Shown here one piece after another: positions 42,090 through 50,289 of a stretch of 62,692 bases of DNA. How positions within the stretch are numbered: the first letter of the stretch is position 1; each line of letters opens with the position of its first letter. Source of the DNA: Vicinamibacteraceae bacterium (GTDB taxonomy: Bacteria; Acidobacteriota; Vicinamibacteria; Vicinamibacterales; JAFNAJ01); the NCBI GenBank assembly GCA_039812685.1, contig JBDIBB010000003.1, forward strand, positions 1 to 62,692, in the 5' to 3' direction. The translations under genes and the position numbers were made by a program. The notes beneath the pieces were generated by a model. That model was not told the origin of the DNA and did no database searches. It saw only the letters and a list, made by a program, of their open reading frames with translations.

Positions 42090-43529
42090 ATGTCCACGTC
42101 TCCGGTCTTCTACGCGAAGTTCGAACGGCACTCCCACGGCGAGGGCCTCAAGGGGCAGTCGACGCACTACTGCGCCGGTTGCGGCCATGGCCTCGTACAG
42201 AAATACATGGCCGAGGTCATCGAGGAGTTCGGGATCCAGGACCGGGTGGTCCTGGTGAGCCCGGTCGGCTGCTCGGTGTTCTCCTACTACTACTTCGACA
42301 CGGGCAACACGCAGGCGGCGCACGGCCGCGCACCCGCGGTGGCGATCGGCCACAAGATGGCCAACCCCGACTCCATCGTTCTGTCCTACCAGGGCGATGG
42401 CGATCTGGCGTCGATCGGGCTGGCCGAGACGATGGCCGCCGCGCAACTGGGCGTGCCGATCTCGGTGATCTTCATCAACAACGCGGTCTACGGCATGACG
42501 GGCGGCCAGATGGCGCCGACGACGCTGATGGGGCAGGTCACGACGACGAGCCCGGGCGGCCGCGACGTCTTCAGCGGCCGGCCGTTGAAGATGGCCGAGA
42601 CCATCGCGCAGCTCGACGGGCCGGTTTACGTCGAGCGGGTCGCGCTCTACAACGCGGCCGAGCGACGGCGCTGCAAGAAGGCGGTGCGGAAGGCGATTCA
42701 GATGCAGGTGGAAGGGCGCGGCTATGCCTTCGTCGAGGTGCTCGCCGAATGCCCCACCCACCTGAAGCTCACGCCCGAGAAGTCGGAGAAGTGGGTGAAG
42801 GAACAGATGGTGCCCATCTTCCCGCTCGGCCTGAAGAAGGACGTCGCGGTCGAGCCGTGGTTCAGCGTCCCGCCGCGCGTGTTCGATCCTGGCGCGCTCA
42901 TCGCGACCGTGGAGGCCAGCACCGAGGCGGCGCCGCGCTTCTGCGAGGGGTTTCCGGCGCACCTGCACCCCGACGACGTCAGCCTGAAGCTGGCTGGCGC
43001 CGGCGGCGACGGCGCGCAGACCGCCGCGATGCTGATCGCGACGGCGGCGATCAACGAGGGATTCGACGGCACGCACATCCCCAGCTACGGGCCGGAGAGC
43101 CGCGGCGGTACCTCCTATGCCGACGTCCACGTGGCGCGCGAGGAGGTGTTGAACCCCGCGAGCCCGACGCCCCATGTGCTGATCGCGTTCAATGCCCCGT
43201 CGCTGGCGAAGTTCGGCCTCACGGTGAGGCCCGGCGGCTACATCCTCTACGACAGCTCGGTTGCCCGGGAGGTGAAGCCCGGCGATCCGAGCATCACCGT
43301 GCTGGGCGTGCCCTTCACGGAGATCGCGGCGGGCCTCGGCAAGCTGGTGGTGAAGAACATCGTGGCGCTCGGCGCGCTGCAGGCGGCCACCAGCCTCTTC
43401 CCGGCCGAAACCCTGCTCGCCGCGGTCCGGCAGGCGCTGGCGCACAAGCCGTCGCTGATCCCGCTCAACGAGCAGGCGTTCGCAGCCGGGATCACCGCGG
43501 TGGCGAGCCGGGCGCTCGCCAGGACGTAG
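42090..43529 (+). CDS. 2-oxoacid:ferredoxin oxidoreductase, fused beta (TPP) + gamma subunit
   Basis: AGGAGG lies upstream of ATG 42090. Contains YCAGCGHG and GDGDLASIG...NNAVYGMTGGQ (TPP). The C-terminal LAGAGGDGAQTAA...YGPESRGGTSYADV is a gamma-domain pattern. Confidence 0.85.
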   Translation: MSTSPVFYAKFERHSHGEGLKGQSTHYCAGCGHGLVQKYMAEVIEEFGIQDRVVLVSPVGCSVFSYYYFDTGNTQAAHGRAPAVAIGHKMANPDSIVLSYQGDGDLASIGLAETMAAAQLGVPISVIFINNAVYGMTGGQMAPTTLMGQVTTTSPGGRDVFSGRPLKMAETIAQLDGPVYVERVALYNAAERRRCKKAVRKAIQMQVEGRGYAFVEVLAECPTHLKLTPEKSEKWVKEQMVPIFPLGLKKDVAVEPWFSVPPRVFDPGALIATVEASTEAAPRFCEGFPAHLHPDDVSLKLAGAGGDGAQTAAMLIATAAINEGFDGTHIPSYGPESRGGTSYADVHVAREEVLNPASPTPHVLIAFNAPSLAKFGLTVRPGGYILYDSSVAREVKPGDPSITVLGVPFTEIAAGLGKLVVKNIVALGALQAATSLFPAETLLAAVRQALAHKPSLIPLNEQAFAAGITAVASRALART

Positions 43530-43559
43530 CCGGCTGGCCGGACACCCTCCGATGCAGGC

Positions 43560-43590
43560 GCGGGAGTGGCTCCGCGAGGGCCACTCCCGC
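43560..43590 (+). terminator. 11-bp stem / 9-nt loop hairpin after the oxidoreductase operon
   Basis: GCGGGAGTGGC-tccgcgagg-GCCACTCCCGC. It lies 31 nt after TAG 43527-43529. Confidence 0.5.
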
Positions 43591-43874
43591 TTCCCGTCCT
43601 GCCGCCGATTCCATGGTCGAGTCCGATCGGGATGGCCCGGCGGCGCGGGATCCATTTTCCGCTGGCGGCGCTATACTTCGATCCACCAGGGCCACAGGTG
43701 ACAGAGACCTTCGGTGCTTCGGGTTCCTTCCCCTCCCTCCCCCCGGGAACCTGTGCACTGAATCGGGTCGTGCTGTCGCTTGCGGCTCTGTCCTTCGAAC
43801 CATCCGAATGCGTGCGGGCCCGTACGGTGGTCTGCGTGCGGCCCGCCCGCACCGCACCCCATGGAGGCATCACG

Positions 43875-44255
43875 ATGCGCATCGATGTCCGCGGACAGCA
43901 TGTCGACCTGCAGCCCTCGCTCGGCGCCTACGCCGAACGCCGGCTGACGACCGCGCTCCAGAGGTTCGGGGCGAGGATTCCGACAGTGACCGTGCGGCTC
44001 ATCGACGAGAACGGCCCGAGGAAGGGAGTGGACAAGCGGTGCCAGGTGGTGATGACCGTCAGGCGCGCCAAGCCGATTCTGGTGGAGGAACAGGACGCCG
44101 ACATGTACAAGGCCATCGACACGGCGGCGGATCGCGCGAGCCGGGCCGTGACGCAGTTGCTGGGGCGGCGGCGCGCCGGGCGTGTGATGGCGGCCGAGCG
44201 GCGTGAGGTGGAACGGACCGGCATGCGGCCGGCGCGTCCCGTGCCCGCGGGCTAG
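43875..44255 (+). CDS. hpf: HPF/RaiA-family ribosome-associated (hibernation) factor, short form
   Basis: GGAGG lies upstream of ATG 43875. Contains MRIDVRGQHVDLQPSLGAYAERRL...DMYKAIDTAADR. Confidence 0.8.
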   Translation: MRIDVRGQHVDLQPSLGAYAERRLTTALQRFGARIPTVTVRLIDENGPRKGVDKRCQVVMTVRRAKPILVEEQDADMYKAIDTAADRASRAVTQLLGRRRAGRVMAAERREVERTGMRPARPVPAG

Positions 44256-44439
44256 CAGGCCGTGGTGGGAGTGCCGCGTCGCACCGAGACGGGCGCGGCG
44301 CCCGGATGGCCAGGCGCGACGACCGAGAATGCGGCCAGCATTCGAAGGAGGAGCAACGCCGCCAGCCGGGATGCCCCGCCCGTCGAGTGCAGCGCCGCTT
44401 CCGCCACGGGCTGCCAGCGAGACGCCGCGGGCCGGCGGG

Positions 44440-45687
44440 TCATCCGGAGTCGGCGTGCGCGGCGGCATCGCGCGCGAGGAGCGCCGAAACGGTCCAGAAC
44501 GTGAACGTCTCGGCAGGACGCTGGAAGGGGAAGTCGACCAGGGCGCAGGCGGCCATGGCAGCGACCGCGCCGGCCAGCGCCGCCCGGTTCGCCTCGCCCG
44601 GACCGGCCGCCAGCCCGGCGCCCCGTCGTCTCGTGGCCGCCCAGAGCGGCACGGCGATCGCGAGCAGGAGCGTGGCGAGGCCTGGGAGTCCGCGTTCGAT
44701 CAACGCCTGCAGGTAATCGTTGTGCGCGTGGGCCTGAGGCCCGGCGAAGCGGTGGATGAGGCCCTGCGGCAGCCGTCGCGACTTCCGGCCTTCCTGTTCC
44801 CAGGCGGGATAGTGCTGCTGGAAGGCGCCTGGTCCGTATCCGAGGCCAGGCCGATCGACGGCGTGGGGCCAGGCCACCATCAGGATGTAGAAGCGGCCGG
44901 CGGCCGTCTCGGGGAGCACGCGGGCCGGCGACAGCCACGCGAGGACGCCGATGAGCGCCACGGCCGCGCCCACGGCGGCGACGGGTCGAACCACCCGCGC
45001 CCAGAGCACCCACGTCGTCAGGCCCGCGGCCGCGCCGAGCGCGCCCCCGCGCGAACCGGTTGCGGCCACGGCCGCCAGCAGGACGAGCGCCGACAGCAGG
45101 CCCGCTGCGCGTGAGAGCGATCCCCGCCCGGCGCGCGCGGCGTTGGCCGACAGCGGCAGGTGCATGGCGAGCCAGGCGGCCACGAAGTTGGGGTTGCCGA
45201 GCGTGGCGTAGACCCGCAGGCGCTGGCTGCCGCCGGCGACGTCGGGCGCCCATCCGGCGGCGCGAAACGGATCGGCGCCGAGCCACTGCGCGAGCGCCAG
45301 GATCGCGATGCCCGTCGCCGTCACCAGCATCGCGCGAACCATGAGCGTGGCGCGCGGCGCGGCGCGTGCCAGCGCGAGCGCCCAGGCGGGCCCGGCCAGG
45401 CCCAGCCCGACGGCGGCTGGGCTTGCCGTATCCGACAGCAGCGCCGACAGCACGAACGTCGCGATCCAGGCGAGCGCCGTCACGTCGATGACGGTGATCC
45501 CCCGATGCCCCGATCCGGGCGCCGGCGGCCGTCGGGCGACGATGGCCCACAGCAGCACGGCAGCGACGGCGATCGCCGCGCGCTTCGGCGTCGAGAACGG
45601 GTCGTCGCAGCCGGGCCACACCAGCCACGGCACCACGGCCACGATGAGCGGCGCCACCAGTGGAGTCAGCGGCCGCACGGCGCGCAT
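44440..45687 (-). CDS. O-antigen ligase (Wzy_C) family membrane protein
   Basis: Polytopic protein with GNPNFVAAWL, ATGSRGG and HNDYLQALIERGLPG. Confidence 0.8.
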   Translation of the reverse strand: MRAVRPLTPLVAPLIVAVVPWLVWPGCDDPFSTPKRAAIAVAAVLLWAIVARRPPAPGSGHRGITVIDVTALAWIATFVLSALLSDTASPAAVGLGLAGPAWALALARAAPRATLMVRAMLVTATGIAILALAQWLGADPFRAAGWAPDVAGGSQRLRVYATLGNPNFVAAWLAMHLPLSANAARAGRGSLSRAAGLLSALVLLAAVAATGSRGGALGAAAGLTTWVLWARVVRPVAAVGAAVALIGVLAWLSPARVLPETAAGRFYILMVAWPHAVDRPGLGYGPGAFQQHYPAWEQEGRKSRRLPQGLIHRFAGPQAHAHNDYLQALIERGLPGLATLLLAIAVPLWAATRRRGAGLAAGPGEANRAALAGAVAAMAACALVDFPFQRPAETFTFWTVSALLARDAAAHADSG

Positions 45688-45721
45688 GATCGCTCACGGC
45701 ACCAGAGCCCGCGACGGGGGC

Positions 45722-46324
45722 TCAGGGATAGAGCCGGCACTGATCCCATCCCGCGGGCGACCGGGTGAACACGCGCCGATCGTGGAGGCGGCTCTCGCCA
45801 GCCTTCCAGAACTCGATGCGCCCGGGCGTCAGCCGATACCCGCCCCAGAACTCGGGCCGGGGAATCGGGCCGTCGCCAAACCGCTGCTCCTCGTGGCGGT
45901 AACGCGCCTCGAGTTCCGCGGGCGAGGCCAGCGGAGCGCTCTGGCTCGAGGCCCAGGCCCCGATCTGGTTGCCGCGCGGTCGCGTCCGGAAGTAGGCATC
46001 GGATTCCTCGCGCGTCGCACGCGCCACCCGGCCTTCCACGCGAACCTGCTCGTCGAGCCAGTACCAGTAGAAGCAGAGCGCGGCCTGCGGGTTGGCGTCG
46101 AGCTGCCGCGCCTTGATCGAGGTGTAGTTCGTGTAGAACAGGAACCCGTCGGCGTCGAAGCCGCGCAGCAGCACGATGCGCGCCGTCGGATGACCGTCGA
46201 GGTCGCAGGTGGCCAGCGTCACGGCGGCGGGATCGGCGCGAGGCGGCGCGGCGAGCGCCCGCTCCCAGGTCTCGCGGAACACCTGCATCGGCAAGGCTGG
46301 ATCCGGCATCGGAGACCACAGCAT
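45722..46324 (-). CDS. pdxH: pyridoxamine 5'-phosphate oxidase
   Basis: Contains RIVLLRGFDADGFLFYTNYTS, QVRVEG and IEFWKAGESRLHDR. Confidence 0.9.
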   Translation of the reverse strand: MLWSPMPDPALPMQVFRETWERALAAPPRADPAAVTLATCDLDGHPTARIVLLRGFDADGFLFYTNYTSIKARQLDANPQAALCFYWYWLDEQVRVEGRVARATREESDAYFRTRPRGNQIGAWASSQSAPLASPAELEARYRHEEQRFGDGPIPRPEFWGGYRLTPGRIEFWKAGESRLHDRRVFTRSPAGWDQCRLYP

Positions 46325-46388
46325 AGCGCACGCGGCGGTCCGGCGCCGCAGGCGGGGGCGACAGGTCGGCCGCCCCCGCCGCGCGAGT

Positions 46389-48437
46389 TCACTTCTCCGT
46401 GTAATCGATCTCGGCGGCCGGCGGCGGCCCGCCCGGTCCCCGCAGGTAGTGGTCGAACCACTGCATCATCCGCAGCGAGTAGTCGAGGCGCGAGGCCGCG
46501 CGGCGGTTGCCGTGCGGTTCACCCGGGTAGCGCACGAGCCGCACCGGCGTCTGGTCGCGAAGCTTCAGGTGCCGGTAGAGCTCGAGCGACTGGGTCGGGC
46601 TCACGCGGGGATCCGCGGTGCCGCCGAGGATCAGGATGGGCGTCTTCGCCCGATCGGTGTAGTAGATCGGGCTCGACTTCAGCTTGGCGTCCCAGTCCTC
46701 CCAGGCGCGCTTCAGGGCGTGCACGAGGTACTCCTCGTTGGGAATGTCGGTCGTGCCGGGTCGCGAGACGTTGTCGCTGATGCCCACGAACATCACCGAC
46801 GCGGCGAAACGCGCCGAGTAATACGTGGCGCCCCATGCCGACGCGTAGCCGCCGTAGCTGCCGCCCGTGATGCCGACCTGCTTCTCGTCGACCAGCCCCG
46901 TCCTCACCAGGTGATCCACGGCGTCGACGAGGTCGTCGAACTCCCGGCCGGCCGGCTCTCCCTGGCCCAGCTTCGAGAAGGCGACCCCGCGTCCGGTGCT
47001 CCCGCGGTAGTTCGGGTGGAAGACGGCGTAGCCGCGCGCCGCGGCGAACTGGCCCGGCCCGCTGTAGTTGGTCTTCCAGCCGTTCCGATCGTGCGCCTCG
47101 GGCCCGCCATGCACGGTGAGGATGAGTGGATGGCGCCTCCCCGGCTGTTCGTCGAGCGGGCGGATCAGCACGCCTTCCAGATCGAGGCCGTCGCGCGCCT
47201 TGAACTTCACCACCTCCTGCCTGGCCAGCCGGAGACCGGCGAGCCAGGGATTGCTGTCGGTGAGCCGTCGTGGCGCGGCGTCGCCCGCGGCCATCAGGAA
47301 CGCCTCGGATGGGTGCGCCGGCGCGTCGGCGACCAAGACCGTGGTCCTGCCATCCGACGAGGACGCGAACGACGACAGGACACGTCCGCCGGTGGGCAGC
47401 AGCGTGCGGCGCTCGGAGCCGTCGACCTTCACCGTGGCGAAGACCGTCTCCACGCCTTCGTCGCCGATGTAGGCCAGCGTGGCGCCGTCGCGGAAGGCGA
47501 TCGCGCTGACGTGTCCGAGGTAGCCGGGCAGCACGTCGGTCAGGGGGCCGCCGGCCGCCGGCGCCACCAGGAGCCGTCCCGCCGCCGGGTCGTTGATGTC
47601 GGCGCCGGAGATCATCGCGAGGCGCGTGCCGTCGGGGCTCCACGCGATCGGCCCGAGCTTGCCGGGATTCTCCAGCTTCGCCACCATAGCCCCGCTGTCG
47701 GTGTCGACGATGTGCACGCGGCGCATCATGAGGTCGTCGTCGACCAGCGGCGTGGGCGCCAGCGCCACGGCGAGGCGGTTGCCGGCCGGGCTCCAGGCGA
47801 TCGTGGAGGCCGAGCCCGTCAGCGGCAGTTGCCGCGGCGGCGGGGCGCCGGCCGCCAGCGAGGCGACGAACACGCGCACGAACGGCACGTCCTCCTCGAA
47901 AATTTCCTGGTTGAAGCCCTTCTTCTCGAGATCCTGCCGGGCCCTGGCCACCGGCTCGCGCGCGGTGAAGGCGACCTGGGTGCCGTCGGGGCTGAGGGTG
48001 TAGGCGGCGATATCGGTTGCGTGGGTGAGGATGCGCCGCGCCTCGCCGCCGTCGATCGGGATCCGGTAGAGCGAGCGCGCGGTGTCCCTGCCGCGCCGCG
48101 CGAGAAACGTGATCGACTGGCCGTCGGCGGCCCAGCGCACGGCGGCGACGTTCACCTCGCCGGTGACGAAGGGACGCGTGACCCCGTCGCGGCCGGCGAC
48201 GTGGAGTTCCTCCCACGCGGTGCCGTCCTCGTCGACGAACGGGACGCGGGGGACGCTCACCGTGAAGGCCACCAGGGTGCCATCCGGGGATGGCGCGGCG
48301 GAGGTCACCGCCCGGAGCCGCGCGGCATGATGCGGCGTGAAGGTTCCGGCCGGCTGGGCAGCGGCGGCGCCGCAGCCGATACTCAGGATCAGGCTGGCGA
48401 GTGTCGCCGCCGCGCGCGGGCATGTGCGTGTGTGCAT
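46389..48437 (-). CDS. exported S9 family serine peptidase (beta-propeller + alpha/beta hydrolase)
   Basis: GGAGG lies upstream of ATG 48437. Has a signal peptide, PDG-rich propeller repeats and the nucleophile motif GGSYGGY. Confidence 0.85.
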   Translation of the reverse strand: MHTRTCPRAAATLASLILSIGCGAAAAQPAGTFTPHHAARLRAVTSAAPSPDGTLVAFTVSVPRVPFVDEDGTAWEELHVAGRDGVTRPFVTGEVNVAAVRWAADGQSITFLARRGRDTARSLYRIPIDGGEARRILTHATDIAAYTLSPDGTQVAFTAREPVARARQDLEKKGFNQEIFEEDVPFVRVFVASLAAGAPPPRQLPLTGSASTIAWSPAGNRLAVALAPTPLVDDDLMMRRVHIVDTDSGAMVAKLENPGKLGPIAWSPDGTRLAMISGADINDPAAGRLLVAPAAGGPLTDVLPGYLGHVSAIAFRDGATLAYIGDEGVETVFATVKVDGSERRTLLPTGGRVLSSFASSSDGRTTVLVADAPAHPSEAFLMAAGDAAPRRLTDSNPWLAGLRLARQEVVKFKARDGLDLEGVLIRPLDEQPGRRHPLILTVHGGPEAHDRNGWKTNYSGPGQFAAARGYAVFHPNYRGSTGRGVAFSKLGQGEPAGREFDDLVDAVDHLVRTGLVDEKQVGITGGSYGGYASAWGATYYSARFAASVMFVGISDNVSRPGTTDIPNEEYLVHALKRAWEDWDAKLKSSPIYYTDRAKTPILILGGTADPRVSPTQSLELYRHLKLRDQTPVRLVRYPGEPHGNRRAASRLDYSLRMMQWFDHYLRGPGGPPPAAEIDYTEK

Positions 48438-48565
48438 GGTCTGCCTCCGCCGAAGCAGGGTATGGGGGGCCGTCAGGCTTTGCAACACCCGGTCGGCTGA
48501 AGCTTGCGCGCGCGCGCGGTCCCTGCGTAGGATGACGGCACGCCCCAGCGCCAGGAGACCCGACC

Positions 48566-49093
48566 ATGCCGCGATTCCCGGTGCGCCCGAGCGCCGCTCT
48601 CGCCATCCTCGCCCTGGGCCTGTTCACCGCCCAGGGATGCGTCGAAATGAAGTCCGGCTCGTCTCCCACCTCGCCGTCGCCTGGGGTGTCGACCACGCCG
48701 GCGCCCGGCACTGGAACAGGCACGAGCGGTGGCCTCTCGATCCAGGCGTTCTCCGGTTCGTGGGCGTCGGGCAGCGCGGGGGGCACGACGCTTCCCACGA
48801 CCTGCACGGCCTTCGACTACCGGGTGACGCCCTCGGCCGACGGCCGATCCGGCACGGTGGCGTTCACGGCCACCTGCGCGGGGATCGCGGTGGACGGCAC
48901 GGGCGCGGGCACCCTCAACGGCGAGGTGCTCTCCTGGTCGGCGCAGGGCACCGCCTCGCGTGTCGGGTTGACCTGCCCGTTCACCTTCAGCGAGGGCACG
49001 GCGGCGCTGGAGAACGGCGGCGTGCGCCTCACCTATCGCGGCACGGTGTGCGGGTTCCCCGTGAGCGGCTCGGAGTTGCTGCGCAAGGTCTGA
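48566..49093 (+). CDS. hypothetical lipoprotein
   Basis: Has a signal peptide with lipobox (LGLFTAQGC), a Ser/Thr/Pro/Gly-rich linker and a Cys-containing beta-rich domain. No family recognised. Confidence 0.6.
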   Translation: MPRFPVRPSAALAILALGLFTAQGCVEMKSGSSPTSPSPGVSTTPAPGTGTGTSGGLSIQAFSGSWASGSAGGTTLPTTCTAFDYRVTPSADGRSGTVAFTATCAGIAVDGTGAGTLNGEVLSWSAQGTASRVGLTCPFTFSEGTAALENGGVRLTYRGTVCGFPVSGSELLRKV

Positions 49094-49151
49094 TGGCGCC
49101 AGGGCATCGAGCCGGTGGGGCCGGGCGGCGCGTCGCCTGCGCGCTGTCGGC

Positions 49152-50075
49152 TCACGCGCGGAGCGCTTCGTAGCAGCCCGCCTCGCTCGAGAAGGCGTCC
49201 TCGGCGCACAGCGACCACGCGAACGCGCCGGCGTAGCCCGCGTGCCGCACGGCCGAGACGATGGCCAGCGGCGATTGCGAGGAGTACGCGGTCGGGAACT
49301 CTCCGAGGATGAGGGGGACGCCGGGCGCGTGGACGGTGGCCGGCGTCACCAGCGTCCACGGCCGATCGACGTGGTCGTACCAGTGCACCTGCTGGAAGTC
49401 CAGATCGATCGATCGGACGAGCCGCAGGCCCCGGACGCTCGCGAGCCCCACGGTCACCGGCGCCCGGCCGTGCTGCCGCGCGGCCGAGGCCATCTCCGCC
49501 AGGAAGCGCCGCATCGTTGCCGGGGAGACAGCCCGCCAGGGGCGCCACTCTCCCGCGCCCAGGGTCACCCACTCGGGCTCGTTCATCAGGTCCCAGCCGA
49601 GCGTCGCGTGACTGCCGGCGGCGTGCGCCACGATCGGCGCCACCACGTGCTCGATCAGCCGCGCCCGCGCCGCATCGTCGCGCAGCCAGTCGCGCCGTCC
49701 GAACATCCGGACCCCGCGCTGCTCGCGTGCGGGGTGCAGCAGCATGAAATCGAACAGGACGAAGAGCGCCCGCAGGCCACGGCGCTCGAGCACCTCGATC
49801 GCGGCGTCGAGATCGCGGCGAGCGCACGCGTCGAGTCCGCGCGGGTGTCCGGCGGCATCCACCTCGATGCCGGCGCGCCCGTCGCACAGCAGGAACCAGC
49901 GGACGACCGACACGCCGCGGTCCGCCGCGCGCGCGAGCACCGTGTCGAGTCGCGTCCGGAGATCCGGCTGCGCGACGCCTCCCGCCGGCGACCAGGCGTT
50001 GGCGCCGATGTCGCCGCCGTACCGAAGCCAGGGCAGGTTGGCTCCCATCAGGAAGCCCGCGTCCAGTGGCACCAT
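49152..50075 (-). CDS. glycoside hydrolase, GH5/clan GH-A-like
   Basis: GWDLMNEPEW (acid/base Glu context) and LILGEFP (nucleophile Glu context). ATG 50075 was chosen and 50048 is the alternative. No signal peptide was seen. Confidence 0.5.
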   Translation of the reverse strand: MVPLDAGFLMGANLPWLRYGGDIGANAWSPAGGVAQPDLRTRLDTVLARAADRGVSVVRWFLLCDGRAGIEVDAAGHPRGLDACARRDLDAAIEVLERRGLRALFVLFDFMLLHPAREQRGVRMFGRRDWLRDDAARARLIEHVVAPIVAHAAGSHATLGWDLMNEPEWVTLGAGEWRPWRAVSPATMRRFLAEMASAARQHGRAPVTVGLASVRGLRLVRSIDLDFQQVHWYDHVDRPWTLVTPATVHAPGVPLILGEFPTAYSSQSPLAIVSAVRHAGYAGAFAWSLCAEDAFSSEAGCYEALRA

Positions 50076-50153
50076 CCAACGATACGCGCGACCAGCGTTC
50101 GATGCGATGACGTCGCGCGCCGGCCGGGCCGGCCCCGATCGCGGGCGTCCAGC

Positions 50154-50254
50154 TTCGGCCGGAGTGCGGGCCGAGGCGAGGGATTGCCTTTCGGCCGGAT
50201 TGCGCGATGATCGTGGCGCTCCCGTCCGGGGGATCCGGCTCCGGCCGGATCGCG
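50154..50254. repeat. three related 15-mers in the divergent GH5-like / acyl-CoA synthetase spacer
   Basis: TTCGGCCGGAGTGCG (50154), TTCGGCCGGATTGCG (50190) and TCCGGCCGGATCGCG (50240). The core is TCCGGCCGGA, a 10-nt palindrome in copy 3. Confidence 0.5.
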
Positions 50255-50289
50255 GGGTCGCGGCGTGACGCCGCGGGCCCGCCGCTCGC

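Noticed and set aside
43566-43874. In-frame 103-codon N-terminal extension of the hpf ORF. Also a TGGCGG...TATACT string at 43663-43677 as a possible sigma-54 or sigma-70 promoter.
   Set aside because: The extension has atypical composition, and the internal ATG 43875 has a perfect GGAGG. The TGGCGG-N-TACT string lacks the -12 GC at the right spacing, and I found no -35 for TATACT.
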